From the human T2T-CHM13v2.0 reference genome, Homo sapiens, in assembly GCF_009914755.1 (NCBI RefSeq), contig NC_060926.1: a DNA stretch of 64,000 nt; one strand, 5' to 3'. The notes under the pieces are model-generated. The model saw only the letters and a list, made by a program, of their open reading frames with translations. It made no database searches and had not been told where the DNA came from. Every line of letters begins with the position of its first letter. Position 1 is the first letter of the stretch. The position numbers and the translations under genes were made by a program. This document shows positions 47,571-64,000 of this stretch, piece after piece.

Positions 47571-49289
47571 TTGTGCAGTTAACATGAATGGTGTTGGTTT
47601 CTGTTTGCATGTATTTTGTAATTTTTTAAAATATTAATTTGCTAGCGTCAAAAGCCTAAGGAGTTCATCTAGTTTATGTTTATACATATTCATGTATCAT
47701 TATGATAAAAATAAGTATATACTGAGGATCTAAAAGACTCTTGCTACCATGAGCTAACTGCTAGTCATCCTTCAGTCTTGGTTAAACCTTTACATCTTGC
47801 TTCTCTAGTCTTGTGAGACTGGGTTCCACATCTTAGATATTTTTCACACATCCCAGTGGCACCCAGCAATCGCTCTGGCATCACACTTAGCATGCATGAT
47901 TGTATTGCTTGTTTAAATCTTGCTCCCAGGGGATCATAAATTCCTCAAGGGCAGGGACCTCTATAATCCCAGAACCTGGCATCATAGGTACCACTTAGGC
48001 CCTCAACCAATATTTAATGAATGAATGAATGTCAGAGCCAGTTATTCATAAACTATAATACCCCTAATTCTGCTGTTGAGGCAGAAAAAGAATGCATAAT
48101 TGGTAAGGAAATAGGCAAATTAAAATCCTCGAGACAATCCGCAAACTAACAAAATTAAAGAAGATAAACCAAAGGGCTTTGACATCACGTAAAGTTGCAT
48201 GAGCACTGAATCAAACCGTAGGAAGCTGCTCTGACTTAAAGTTCAGAGAAGCAAAAAGAATAACAAAGAACATTCTAATCAAGGGCTGACATTTATTTCA
48301 GATTCAAATAAATTCATAAGAAAGTAATAATGATAAAACTTTTCATATAGAGTTAATTTAAATACATTTGGCTATATTGCTTATGAATGAAAATGGGTTC
48401 TTTTCACAAATGCTATTTGTTTTTTCACTTATCTATGAAAGGCCTATTTTTCTCCTCTTTAATAATCCTATAAGGAACCCAGATAACAGTGATTTTCTGA
48501 GAGGCTTTTGGCAAATTTAATCTTCTCCAATTACTCTTCCCTTCACTTTGATATTTTGCCCTAGGGTCGTTTCCATTCTCCCACACACACAAACACACAA
48601 AGGCACTTACACACACACATACAATCACTGCCCTAAGGAACCATTGTCACTGAAGGTAGCATGTCGCATCCCCAGATAGTTGTGACAAAGAAAGCAGACA
48701 TGGCTCTTTCAGGCTGAGACAATGTTTCCCTCATCTGTGTCCCTAAGACATAGCAGAGACAATGGAAGAAAATGCTACTTGAACAACAATGCTATTTTTA
48801 AGGCACTTTTGCTACATGGTCTGTGTTTCCATAAATTGAAAGCAAAATAATTACATGGAAATAAATTTCCATCATATTGAATTAAATGGTTTTTAGGGAA
48901 AAATTTTAAGTAACCATTGGGTCCAGCTTATTTTTATTCCTAAAATGGATTCAAGTCTGGAAGAAAATCAGAAATTCATGATTGTTTGGCTAAAATTTCC
49001 CAAGTAACCCAAAGCTGAAAAAAAATACCACTGAAAATATTAACACATTACAGGTAAAGTCAGTTGGTGCCTAAATATTTATTTTTCTGCTTAATTAACA
49101 CTGAGCATTTATTATCTCTATCTTTGGGCATCTACGATCTGGTTCAGAACTCCAGAACCTGGTAAGAGCGTACTGAATCTTAGTGTAGAGCTCTTTCCAC
49201 AAAACTGAGAGGCTTATTTTAACTTACGACATCCCAATTAAAAAGTTCTTTTGGCTCACAGCAGATTCCCCTCTCTTCTGTAAAAAGAC

Positions 49290-51085
49290 ATCCCACTGCT
49301 AATACTATTTGTCAGCATTCTCCTCTTCTGTCATCCCTCAGCCTCATCTTTAGCCCAAGACCTCATCTTTTCTTCCCTGGACATTTGCAAGAGGCTGCCA
49401 AGTGTTTGTAGCCTGGACTGCCTCCAGTACGTCTGGACCGCCTGCAGTATGTCTGGACTGCTATCAGAGCGAACTTTCTTACACACAAATGGGATCATTA
49501 GACACAACCTGTTCTACGCCCACTTAGAATTCTTTAACAGCTTCCGAATGACTCAGAGTGGAATGTAATTCTTTAGCAGGACTTGCGAAGTCCTTTGAGA
49601 TGTGGCTCTTCCAGCCTTTCCTCCTCATTTCTTTCCACTCCACCCACCAAACATCCAATGACCCAGCTTTAGAAATGTGCTTTTAACAGGTTCACATGTT
49701 TATGTCTTTATAACGACTGTTCCCTCTTCTTGGGATATCCTTCCTTTCTCCCATTTCTCTTTCTACCCCATAATTATGTCCATCTAGCAAACTCCTATAT
49801 ATCCTTCCTTTTGTTACAATGTCATCTTTTCTGGGGGATCCAGAAAATTAGTATCTCTCTCACTCTGTTCCCACAGCCTGGTCCAAACATCCATCTTAAC
49901 AAATTTCACAATACTCAGTAATTTGTGCTTGTTCTTATCTCTACCACTAGACTGGGAGGTGTTTGGAACCCAGTTCAACTTAATGTTGGACAGATGAAGA
50001 TAAACCATTATATCCTACCAATCTACCAGAGTGCTTCACAAAATTCATTTTAAGTCCAGAACACCTGCCCTCTGTGAATCTGATTTCATGATCCCACTGC
50101 GTCTTCCCCAGGCCATTTCAATTTTAGCTCATTCTCATACAAGACTTTCAATGATGTTGCAGAAAATTAACAAATAAAATTCCTAAGATACACTGCTTTC
50201 ATAAGGTTTTTCTTCTAAAAATTTAGTTATTGTTACAGACTCTGATCAAGGCTAAACTCTTTATTCAGGCATTGAAGGCCCTCTTTAATTTAGTTCTACT
50301 ACCTATTATTAAATAATAAAATAATAGTTAACATATATTGATAGCTCACTACGTGCCAGGCACTGTTCAAAGAGCTTTTAACATGCGTTATCTTTTTAAT
50401 AACCTTAGGAGGTGTATTTATAGAACTCATATAGATCTTACCAGATACCAAAGAGCTTTACTAGTAATTAAGTCACTTAATCCTCATAACAAACCTACAG
50501 ATAAGTACTAGTATTACTAGTATTACTACAATATTTCCAATTAGGCAAGGGGCTCAAAGTCACATAGCTCACAAGGGAAGCAGCTTGGATTGGCATCAAG
50601 GGAGCACCCACCAAAGCCTGGGCTCCCAACCACCCTGGGTCCTGCCCCTCGGTGGTGCACAGCATCATCACATTCTCTACTCTGTCAGGCCAAGCTCTTC
50701 CCTGGTGTGGAGTCTTTGCCTCTTTTGTTCCCGCTTTCCTCCCTGCTTGGGATGGTTGCCACCCTCTGCTGTACTCAGATAATTCTCAGCCCCTAAAGCC
50801 TAGCTAAAATTCATCTTCTCCTTGAAGCCTTTTCAGAAAACACTGGCCACCTTTGAGCTCTCTCCTCCCTGTCTATATTCTGTGACACAGATTGTCTACA
50901 CCAAACATTTGCCACTTAAGTCTGTTTCATTTAGAACTTTATGATATATGATCTTGCATGGTTCTTTGACTTAAGTGGGTCTTGGGCCCTGAACAAAATT
51001 ATGAGCGCCTTGAAACTAGGTAACTTACATCTTCTGAAATCTCCCATAGCACCCAGCATAGATGCTTTATGTATTTTTGTGGAAT
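49290..51085. mobile_element. Cluster of L2 fragments with an embedded MIR (~50310-50580)
   Basis: L2-like pyrimidine-rich text (cccaagacctcatcttttcttccctggac; ccactagactgggagg); MIR gctcactacgtgccaggcactgtt. Confidence 0.6.
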
Positions 51086-51530
51086 TGAAGTTCAAAATGA
51101 AGTCAGGTTCCCCCTTCCCTACATAGCAGATTGACTCAATTGTACTCTATAACCATATCATTAAAGCTGAGCAAGCAATCTGAATACATTCTAAATTGGC
51201 TCAGTTAGGTTTTATTTTTCCTGTTTAATATGAAGCATTGGGAAGGACAGAAGAATATTAGAAAGAAAAGTTACGAATAAAGTTCAAGTTTCCTTAATTA
51301 AAACCACTGAAATAGACCTCATTTGGATGAAGCTAAAAAATAAAATTGGTTCTTCTTTGCCTCTGTCATTAAAAGGCACTTAATTTATTTAAAATTTAAT
51401 TTGTATTTAGTATAATGGTATAGATCCACCTTAACCTGGATAAATGGGAACTATCTACTGCACGGAAGAATCTTTTTGGCAGTATTCCCACTTGAGGCAA
51501 TTATTCCACCGTATTTTTGCGGTAACCTAC

Positions 51531-51645
51531 TTGGCTGTGTCAGCTCCGCTGGTTATTAAGGTGTTAATCAAAAGCTCATGACCGTATCTTGCAGCCACAT
51601 GGAGAGGAGTGTTGCCGTCCTTATCCACACAGTCAATTTCACCTC
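51531..51645 (-). CDS. ANKRD44: ANKRD44 coding exon (115 bp): (G)[37 protein letters not shown](K)
   Basis: tttcag|GAGGTG...GCCAA|gtaggt. Canonical ankyrin repeat GNTPLHVAA; phase 1 to 2. Confidence 0.96.
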
Positions 51646-51807
51646 CTGAAAGAGATATTTTAATACAGGATAACGCAAGGATTCAGGTTGATTCAGGTCC
51701 TATGTTCTCTGCTAGTCTCTCGTATCAACCAAATGTTGATTTCTTTCCTATTCCAGTTGTGCATCTTTGCTCCGAAATACAAGAATGCTTTTAAAGGGGA
51801 CAAGTCA

Positions 51808-52230
<423 letters not shown>

Positions 52231-54336
52231 TCACAACTAAATGCCTGCTCTGAATGAAGAATGTATTCAAATCCCATAAAGTGTAATTCTGAAGACATGT
52301 TCAATTTTAATTTTCCCTGCTGAATTAAAAACCTATGTAAACCTTGTGCTAAAACATAAGAACCAAAGGGGATGGACAGTTCAGGAAATGATTTCATGTA
52401 ATTTGATGATCTAGCTTATAGTATTTTAATATTATGACTAAAATGAGTAAAAGCATAGACAATAAACTGAAAATGCCTATATTTATAAAAACTATGACAA
52501 TAATCATCCATACTTCTTTTAATAATATAGTATTGTCATTATGTTTTATTTTGCCTTCTCTTCCCCCAGTTTTTATTTCACTAAATTTCTTTTTTTCTCT
52601 CCCTTTTTCGTGTGTGTGTATATATACAATTGGTCTATTCATTCATTTATCTGAGGAACCATTTAAAAAGTTAGCTATCATAACATTTTACCGCTAAGTA
52701 TGTTTTTCCTAAGAACAAAGACATTTTCGCACATAACCACAATTCCATCATTTTACCCAAGAAATTTAACATTCATAAAATAATTTTATGTAATATTAGT
52801 GCATATTCCAATTTCTCAGACTGTCCCCAAACTGTGCTTTATAATAGTTATCTTGTTGTTTTAATCCAGGATCCAATCAAATATCCTGATAGCACTTGGT
52901 TGTCATGTCTCTTTAGTTTCTGTTAATCCAAAACAATCCTCCTGGCTTTTTTTTTTTAAGTTTCTCATGTCGTTGATATTATTGGAGCCCAAATCACGAG
53001 TTGTGTTGGACGCTCTACATTCTGGAGTTGTCTTTTGGTTTCTTCATTATTAGATTCAGGCTAAACATTTTGGCAACAATTCCCAGAGCAGATGCGTGCT
53101 TCCCGCTCCATTTTCTTAGCACACACAGTTATTCCATTACCAGGTGATGCAAAGTTTGACTACTTGCAATGGGTACCAACTTTCAGTTTGGGAAAAGAAA
53201 CAGCCCTGAAAATGGATGGCAGTGATGGTTGTACAACAGTAGGAATGCACTGGATGCCACTGAACTGTACACTTAAAAATGGCTAAAACGGTAAATTTTA
53301 TGTTATGTATATTTTACCACAATAAAAAAAAAGGCTTGATTATGTGGTTAAGGTGGTGTCTGTCAGTACACTTACTGCAAAAATATCTTCTCCTCTTTGT
53401 AATTAACAGGCAATCTGTGCGGTGATACAGGCAATCAGAGTGTACAGATATCTGATTTCCCAACAGACTTTTTCCACAATAATTTTTAGCATATGTGGGG
53501 AGTACTTTGTTCAAAATTTACCTGAATTTTTTACTGTGTGCTTATATTATCTATATAAGTTAGGTTCATTTGATTCTGTTTGCTTTCAAATATTTTTACT
53601 GGGTTTTATTTTATTTTAATAATATGTAAAATACATGTTTCAAAAGTCAAAAGTCATATTTTTGAAAAGGCTTACTCATTCTTATCCCTTCCTCTTCATC
53701 CTCATACACAACCTACAGCAAGCATTTTCATTAGTTTTAGTTTATGCTTCTGTGTTTCGCTTTGCAAAAAAAAACAAAAAACAAAAACAAAAACAAAAAA
53801 AAATCCCCCTACTTAACAGTATTTCCTAGAACTCACTTCTAAAGATGACTTCTTGGAGATCTTCCTGATTTTTGTACAGTTTTATTGTTTTCCATTGCAC
53901 AGTTGTACTAGTTTAGTACACTCGTCTCCTATGGGTAAGCATTTAGGTTGTAAATAACATTTTGCTATTATCTGGAATGCCACAGTGAATAATCTCATAT
54001 GTATGTTGCTTCATATTTGTTAGATGTATCTTCAAGGTAAATTTTCAGAAGGGAGATATCTAGGTCAAAGGGAAAATTAATATGTGGTTTTGTCAGATTT
54101 TGCCAGATTTCTCTCTGTAGGCACGGTGCAATTTTACACTCTAACCAGCACAGTATGAGAGGCACTTTTCCTTATAGCCTTGTCAAGCTTTTGAATATCT
54201 GCTATCTGATGGGTGAGAGCTGGTATCTCTCTGCAGCTTTCATTTGCATTTCTCTTATTATGAGGGAAGTTGAACATCTTTTCATATGTTATAGAAGGAC
54301 CATTTGTTTATCTTTTTCTGTAAACTATTTTTCATG

Positions 54337-54521
54337 ACTTTTGCTCATTTTTCTAAGTTTGTGTGTATGTCCTTAAACATATACACAATACTGATATCTA
54401 AACCATATACACATATGTATATATGCTAGTATAAGTAATATAAAACCCCAAGAAATAGAAATATGTGAATGGCTTAAATGTCCTCAAACATACAAACAAA
54501 CTTAGAAAAATGAGCAAAAGT
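54337..54521. repeat. 34-bp inverted repeat (33/34) with 117-nt spacer
   Basis: 54337-54370 is the reverse complement of 54488-54521. Confidence 0.92.
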
Positions 54522-54662
54522 GATTTTCAATAACTTTTAAAATGAGTAAGCTCTATTTGGGAGATTACTCATTTATCAGCAATACATGTTACAATTATTT
54601 TTCTCCCAGGTTTTGTTTTTAATTTTTGATGTTTTTTTCCCTGTCAAAAAAATTTGGGGGGT

Positions 54663-54986
<324 letters not shown>

Positions 54987-55838
54987 TTATCATGTTTGGG
55001 TTTGTTGTTAGGGAGTCTTTCCCTATACCCTGGTAACAAAGAAATTGACACATGTTTTCTATACGTGAAAGGTTTTCTTTTTCAGATATAGATATCTGAT
55101 CCTTTTGGAGTTTATCTTGGTGGTGTGTTTGTTGACTGACTAAATAAATGTTCCCTGAATGCCTAAAAGACTGAAAATTCAAGAAAACAGCCTGAACAAA
55201 TTCACAGAGGCAGAAACTAGATTAGTGGTTGCCAGGGGCTGAGGACAAATGGGGAGTGATGACTAGCGGGTATGAGGTTTCTTTTTGTACTGATGTCTAA
55301 ACCATATACATACCTATATATGCTAGGATAAGTAATATAAATATGAATGACTTCAATCTAGAAAGGTGTGATACATTTCTTTTAAGTACCTTATTTCTGA
55401 TTGAGAAAGTATTTTCTTATTGTAGAAAATTTAGAAGATGTAGTAAAATAGAAATACAAAGAAGAAAACAGAAGTCATCTATAAATTCACTGACTATCCA
55501 AGATAGTCAGTACTAGTATTTTGGAATATTTCCTCCCAGTTGTATGTATGTGTGCATGCGTGTGTAGAATTTTCCCATGGTTGAGTTCCCGGTGTAGAAA
55601 AAGTTTTTTAGTCCTACGTTCTCCTTTAATGTTACATTACAATCCTTCCCATGTCATTAATCTTTTTCATTAATATAATTGTAAATGACTATATAATATC
55701 AGTATCTAGAGAATTTACTTAGCAAGTCCCCAATTAATAGGCATTGAGGGCATACCCAAATCTTTGCTATTAAGAAAAACACAGGAATGAACATATTTAC
55801 AAATAGTCTTTACATTTCAGATGATTTCCTTTAGTAAC

Positions 55839-56135
55839 TTTTTTCTTTTTCCTGAGACAAAGTCTTGCTTTGTCACCCAGGCTGGAGTGCAGTGACACAG
55901 TCTCGGCTCACTGCAACCTCCCCTTCTCAGATTCAAACAATTCTCCTGCCTCAGCCTCCCAAGGAGCTGGGATTACAGGTGCTTGCCACCATGCCTGGCT
56001 AATTTTTGTATTTTTAGTACAGATGTGGTTTTGCCATGTTGGCCAGGCTGGTCTCGAACTCCTGACCTCAAGTGATCTACTTGTCTCGGCCTCCCAAAGT
56101 GCTGGAATTATAGGGGTGACCCACCACACCCAGGC
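55839..56135 (-). mobile_element. AluS
   Basis: Full dimer. Confidence 0.9.
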
Positions 56136-56813
56136 AGCAACATTTTTAAAAGTAGGACTATTGGACTAAAAGTATGGAGACCCTTGATACACACCAGCAA
56201 AAAACTTTTGAGAAAGGCTCTGCCCATTAGCATTCCCATTAGCAGTATACTTGAGCATTATACCAAAAAGAAGCCATTGAGAGTCTTCTCAGCTCTGGGG
56301 AAAGGGCATTATCTTCCAGGCCAGGACACTGTCCCTTGTAATAAGATCGTCCATAAGGTCCTCATCAGATCTATATGTCCTTCATTCCAATGAATCCTAC
56401 TATTGGCCATTATAACTAACAACTCCCCAACATTTATTTTCAGCAAACAACGCTTTTTCTAGCCAAGTGTACTGGCAAAACGCAGGGCTAGAGTATAAAA
56501 ATATTTGCTACAAAGTGAAATGATTAACAAAAATGTGTGCACTTTGTGAAGGGGACAATTGTTTCAAAAACTCCAATTAGCACACACAGGATTTTGGATG
56601 CTTCCCTCTACTCTCAAGACTTCTGTGTGTAGAATTTTGTTTGAAAATCAACTTGCTGCCAGTAAGTTTACCCATTTGGGGGTCTGCAACTTAATAGCTG
56701 TTTACGAAAAGGGAATCCCTTTTTAACTGACTGGGACAGAGAAATGTAAATGGGAACTTGAATAGAAATACTGATCTTTCTTCAAATCTTTGTTTCTGTG
56801 TTACAGTGGGGTT

Positions 56814-57126
<313 letters not shown>

Positions 57127-57874
57127 TTTATTTTTAAAATGAATTGTCCAGATAATAGAGTATGATCACTTCTGTAAAGTAATAATTAAATATCTTTACA
57201 TATATTCTTAAATACATAGAAAAATCCAGAAGTGTCACCAAACTGCCAATAAAAATTATTGGGATAGGGCTGAGGAGACACATTGGTGGAGATCACGGAA
57301 TCTCTTTCATGACTTAATTTTAGTTTACGGTGAGCATGTACTAATTTTATAATCAGGAAAAATAATAAAGTTAGTTATTGTGATCGTCTAGGGACTCAAC
57401 AGACAGTTAACTATGATCTGAATTTAGAAGTGTCCAATTGAGATCAATTCATTTTATGACTTGATGGTAGCTTTGGAGACAGGCAGCCACCTCGTCCCCA
57501 CAGATACCTCAGAGCAATCCAGTGTGCACGTATCCATATCAGAGCTGCCCACGGTGGTCTGCCTGAAAGCCCCAGCTGTCGAGCTGATCCAGGGAGATGT
57601 GGGACAGAGATCCCCAGACTGCAGAGAAGTCTGCCCTGGACAAATACTCCATCAATCCACATCCTTCCCAGCCAAGAGTCACCAAATCATTCTTAAAAAG
57701 TGTTAGAGCCTCCAGGTTTACCAGTCTCAAATATGCCAAAAATTGGGTAGAGAAAGGGAAGAGTGAAAACTATCAGGAAGGATGGAGTAGGGGTCTGAGC
57801 TGATAAAAGTTTTTTCTTGTAGTTGTTGCTTTCATTTTACAAGTCAGCTTAAAACTGTAAAAATATAGATAACT

Positions 57875-58170
57875 GGCCAGGCACGGTGACTCACGCCTGT
57901 AATCCCAGCACTTTGCAAGGCCAAGGTGGGCAGATCACCTGAGGCCAGGAGTTCAAGAACAGCCTGGCCAATATGGCGAAACCCCATCTCTACTAAAAAT
58001 ACAAAAATTAGCCAGGTGTGGTGGCAAGCTACCTGAGTAGTCCTAGCTACTTGAGAGGCTGAGGCAGGGGAATTTCTTCAACCCGGGAGGCAGAGATAGC
58101 AGTGAGCCGAGATCGCACCACTGCAGTCCAGCCTGGGCTACACAGCGAGATTTCATCCCAAAAAAAGAAA
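57875..58170 (+). mobile_element. AluS
   Basis: Full dimer. Confidence 0.9.
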
Positions 58171-58222
58171 GATAATTATTGTCCATATGTGCTTTTGTTA
58201 TCATTTAAAATATATTTCAGGA

Positions 58223-58588
<366 letters not shown>

Positions 58589-59829
58589 TTATCTGAAAAC
58601 ATGTTTTCTATATAAACAGCACCTCTAGATAAGTGCATTTCTATCTTACAATTACTCCACAAACCTTGCCATTTTCATTTGAAAATTTTTAAAACTTGCT
58701 TGGAATGCAAATGAAATCTCTTTACCATTTGTCATTTGAAGGTTGCAAGTTAAATATTGGAGATTGATCATTGACAACCAGTGAGGAAAATAAACATTTG
58801 CCAGTTTAGAAGTATGCAGAGCATGTCAGAAAGGATAATTAATTAGTATCCTCTAAGCATTCATCTGAAATTAGTTTTTCATTGCACAAACAAGAATGAT
58901 CAGCTTATTAAGTTGCCTTGGAAGGATTGTGAGCCAAAGGGTCAAAAATCTCACATTGACTCATCCTAACCTACAACTTGACTCTTCCTTTTCAAACTCT
59001 ATTTATTTTTAAAGCTTCTGTGAAGAAAACATCATTTTTGAACTTGTGTAACCTGCTGGACGGCATCTGAGGGGGGTGCCTAGGGCCAATGGTGAGGTCA
59101 AATGCCTTCAGACACCAGATGCTGTCTTTGGTCAGTTGCTTTCCCTCTATTGCTGTGACAACACAGCTTCAGACAACAAACAATGTGATTGGATAGCAGA
59201 GGTAGTCTTTGCTTACTAACTAAAAAAGAGTGGGGTTTTTTTTTTCATTATTGTCTTACTAAAGCTGGATGATTCTGGAAAAACAAAGTTATGAAAACTA
59301 GTAATCCTGACTGGAGAGCAGTCAGAGAAGCAGAGAAAACTATTCAAAGTCCAAACACCAATGCAATTTAACAAAACAAATAAATACAAAGAACATTCCT
59401 CAGTAGCATGTTTAGTTGCTTCAGGGAGCCAAATGCTGTGCCCATGTGGTCCTGGAGGACAGAGGGGCTCCTGCTAGGTGATGTCCCACTCTGGGGGGAC
59501 TGACACCAGGCCCTAGGGGCATGAGCTTCTGGAGAGGGAGTGTCCCAGCAACAGCCCAAGATTCTTCCCAGAAGGAAGCCAACAAACAGGAGGTAAAAAA
59601 AGAACTTCCTTTTCTTCTCCCCAAGGGCATTTTAAAAAATGTCAAATGGAAGAATTCACAGTTCTCACATGTGTTATGAATGCAAAAAAATTGTCAGTTG
59701 AGATAAGAGAATACCAAAGCATCCTTTTACAGGGAAAACTCTATTTCAAATATAAGTGACTCTCAGAGTAAACAGAATTCAATTTTAAAAGGAATTTTTT
59801 TAAAACACCATTGGTTTCTGGAGGTCATG

Positions 59830-60060
59830 TTTATAAGCGTGGTGGTTGAGAGTTCAGTCTCTGATGTCAGACTTCCTGTGTTCAGATCCCTATTCCTCAA
59901 CATACTGGCCATTTATCCAGACACAAGTGACAACCTCTCTGCCTCAGCTTCCTCATCTTTGAAATGGAGATAATCATAGTACCTTTTTCTCATAGGGTGG
60001 TTGAAAGGCTTTATAAGTGGTGTTTAGCCAAGTGCCTGGCACACTATGAACACTTGGCTT
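59830..60060 (+). mobile_element. MIR
   Basis: aacctctctgcctcagcttcctcatctttgaaatggagataat...gtgcctggcaca. Confidence 0.8.
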
Positions 60061-60275
60061 TATCATTATCACTTAGCTTTATCATTATATATAATAGGCT
60101 ACATATTATAGCCACTATATCCTTATCAATTCAGGCCCCTGGACCCCACCCAATCCATAAGCAAGATGCCAGGACAACCAAGAATGAGAGAGGTTCTGAA
60201 ACAAAGATCCCCTGACCACAGAGGATAAGAGACAGGGTCTCTTTTAGGTCTCCCCCAACTCAAAAGTCTAGCAAC

Positions 60276-60733
<458 letters not shown>

Positions 60734-61661
60734 TCATAGAGATGACCAGCATGGCCTGACGCACAGGGATGAACCTGCGGGGAAGGCAGTGCTTAGAAGG
60801 AGAAAAGTTGTTTTCCCTCCAACCTTGTCTCTGGAGCTTGAAGTTGCTCTAAAAGGGAACCAAGCTGTTTAAGTTTTGTTTGTTTCTAAAAGTTTTGTTT
60901 GTTTTTAAAGGGGGGTGGACATTATTTCTGAAAAACAGTTGAGAAATACAGTGGCATAAGAGACGTGCTCGAAAGAGACTAGGGTCACTCCCCCCGACCC
61001 CCTTTATTTACATTCAGCAAAATAAAACACGGTGGCCTTTTCAATAAAATGAATGTCAAAGGCATAGCACATATTTCAAATTAGAAATAATGGGTATTGC
61101 ACGGTTAATTTCTGTTTTACCTTCCTTGGCTCACTGGAAACTTGTTAGGATTTCTTTTCCCTATAGCTTCACTGGAATGCATATAAATTTCCTTTGCTTT
61201 GCTGCAGATATTTTGCTTGCTAAGCATAATTCCACTGGCTGGTCTTCCATCCAAATGTCAAATGACTTCTTTGTTTTATGTCTTAAGTGACTAAGACATA
61301 ACTCAGTGCCACTAATAATTCAAGTGTATGTGGTCCGAAATTCTTATAGATGAGAAAAATACAGGTCCAAGGAAACTGACTAATATCAGAATTTTGAGAA
61401 GTAGAAGTATGGGTCAACTAAAAATAGGAACTGCCAGATTACCTGGAATATCAGCTTAAAATCTGAACTAAACCTGGTTTTTGTCTTTTTTTAATACTCT
61501 CTAAGATTTACTAATAGAAGTGATGCTGCTGGCCATGACCCCCTATTAGTAACATGAACCAGGATGTAAAATGATACTCCCTAGTACTTTGACTTCAGTG
61601 ACAACCTGATGGTTCAAGCATACCTTTGTCGTAAGCCCAGAAAGTTACTATATTACTGTGA

Positions 61662-61988
<327 letters not shown>

Positions 61989-62477
61989 TAAGCCTGTGAT
62001 TTTATGATCCTTTATATCACATCCTTACCTGCTTTTCCTCTAAGTCATCTCATTTTTCCTAATTTTGCCCAACTAGCTTAATAAGTTTTAACTTAGGAAA
62101 TTATAGTGAACTCTAAAATTTAAAAATAATTCAGATTTGTTGCTGGAAAATGAATGCTACTTACCTTTATTAGTTTCAGAGTGAGATGCACAGGATCTTG
62201 AGCCTACATAAATACATCATTTCCAATTTCAAAGCTCATGCTCTGTGCCTGACTCCAAATTGACTGTGAAACTGTGGCTTTATGTTTTTACTATTAAGGT
62301 GGATGTTGATGACATGTCTGATGAACAGTTTTTAGCAAAGTACATCAAAGAATTATGTAATTGCATGCTTACTAAAACTCCAAAACAGGGCATCGACTTT
62401 CATATGCAGGTGACTGACAGCCAAATTCACAACAAGAAACTATCGAAATAATGACACTACTGAAGCATCTCTCTTAC

Positions 62478-62556
62478 CATTCTGAATGAGGGTCTGTGAC
62501 CGTGTGAACCTTCCATGGACAGCTGTCATGTGCAGTGGACTTTTGCCATCTTTACT
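62478..62556 (-). CDS. ANKRD44: ANKRD44 internal coding exon (79 bp): [26 protein letters not shown](G)
   Basis: Minus strand reads tttttag|AGTAAAGATGGC...CAGAATG|gtaag. Ankyrin motif GKSPLH; phase 0 in, phase 1 out, matching the next exon. Confidence 0.95.
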
Positions 62557-62694
62557 CTAAAAAAAAGAGAGGGAGAGAAAAACAATGGAGGTGCTCATGA
62601 GCCAGTGACACCCATCTGAAATACCCCTATGGACACTCCTAATAATGCCCTGAAAACATTCATTTATTTATTTATTTTTTAAGTATGATCAACA

Positions 62695-62777
62695 TGAGGC
62701 TGCAGTGAGCTAGGATTTTACCACTGTACTCCAGCCTGGGTGACAGAATGACATTCTTCTAAATAAAATAAAATAAA
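62695..62777 (+). mobile_element. 5'-truncated AluJ 3' fragment
   Basis: gaggctgcagtgagct...(TAAAA)n, flanked by TSD aagtatgatcaaca. Confidence 0.85.
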
Positions 62778-63072
62778 AGTATGATCAACAATTACAAGAG
62801 GCAAAGATAATTTTGAAAGGAAAAGATAAAATGTACCTGACCTCTCAAGTTATTGCATAACATCACATGTTTTAAAAGCTTAGAGAAACAGTTATCTGAA
62901 ACCTTTATTCCTCTCCTGTGATCTACTGGAGAAGGAAGTTTCCTTCAAGGTGTTTTTTTCAACCTTTGTCTATAGTACACAAAAAAGACAAATGTGTTAC
63001 CTTGCATGGTATTCTTTAAGCTGAAGCTGACCAAATGGCTCTGAATCACTGCAACTCTTAAAACTGACCTGA

Positions 63073-63542
<470 letters not shown>

Positions 63543-64000
63543 TTACTTTACTTAACTCATTAGAAGTCACAGGACTAAGGCATGCAACTGTTTAGGAAAC
63601 TGCCTTTTGAATGACCAGCTGGGAATGTGTGCTGAATTCATATATTTGTTACTATTCATGATCAAAATTATGAAATTTCCTGACACAGATTAAGCCAAAA
63701 CACAGAAAATGTACAACAGCTATATACCAATCATCATTATACTAAATACCAAGATACCATATGTAACTAAGAAATAGTAATTTACAGAATTTCTTCTGAA
63801 AATAGGCCCAAAAGAAAATATTACTGTTATTTTAGAATAAAAGTATCCCCAATAGAGAGAATGTATTTTCATCCAAGTATTGTTATCAAAAAAATCTATG
63901 TAACACTTATTTTTATAAGTCTCAGAGGAAAAATTTCTCTAAGTCTGAGATTAAAATACGAGGTTTTAAAAATGCATGTTCATTTTGTGATGAAATCCAA

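Overview
Human (primate) genomic DNA from the middle of ANKRD44 (PP6 regulatory ankyrin-repeat subunit B), which is transcribed on the minus strand. Eight internal coding exons (62478-62556 down to 30418-30529) have GT-AG boundaries and matching phases, and join into one ankyrin-repeat reading frame. Positions 1-30417 are a single large intron. The rest is ordinary intronic repeat content: L1, Alu, MIR, L2, MaLR/ERV1 LTRs, hAT/Tigger elements and microsatellites. Almost all ORFs in the supplied track are repeat-derived or spurious. I found no new multi-gene system. The most unusual structure is a human-specific L1HS Ta-0 3' fragment, with a 15-bp TSD and ~60-nt A-tail, nested co-directionally in an older near-full-length L1PA4/5. 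Its 5' truncation point lies only 73 nt from the homologous position of its own target site. Other notable items are a 15-bp deletion in the ZNF93-bound part of the host L1 5'UTR, two complex templated-insertion scars (36.4-37.0 kb and 54.3-55.3 kb), a paired ATF4/CEBP motif, a (GGAA)16 microsatellite and several alternative-splicing or truncation signals. Repeat subfamily calls rely on recalled consensus sequences, not an alignment.
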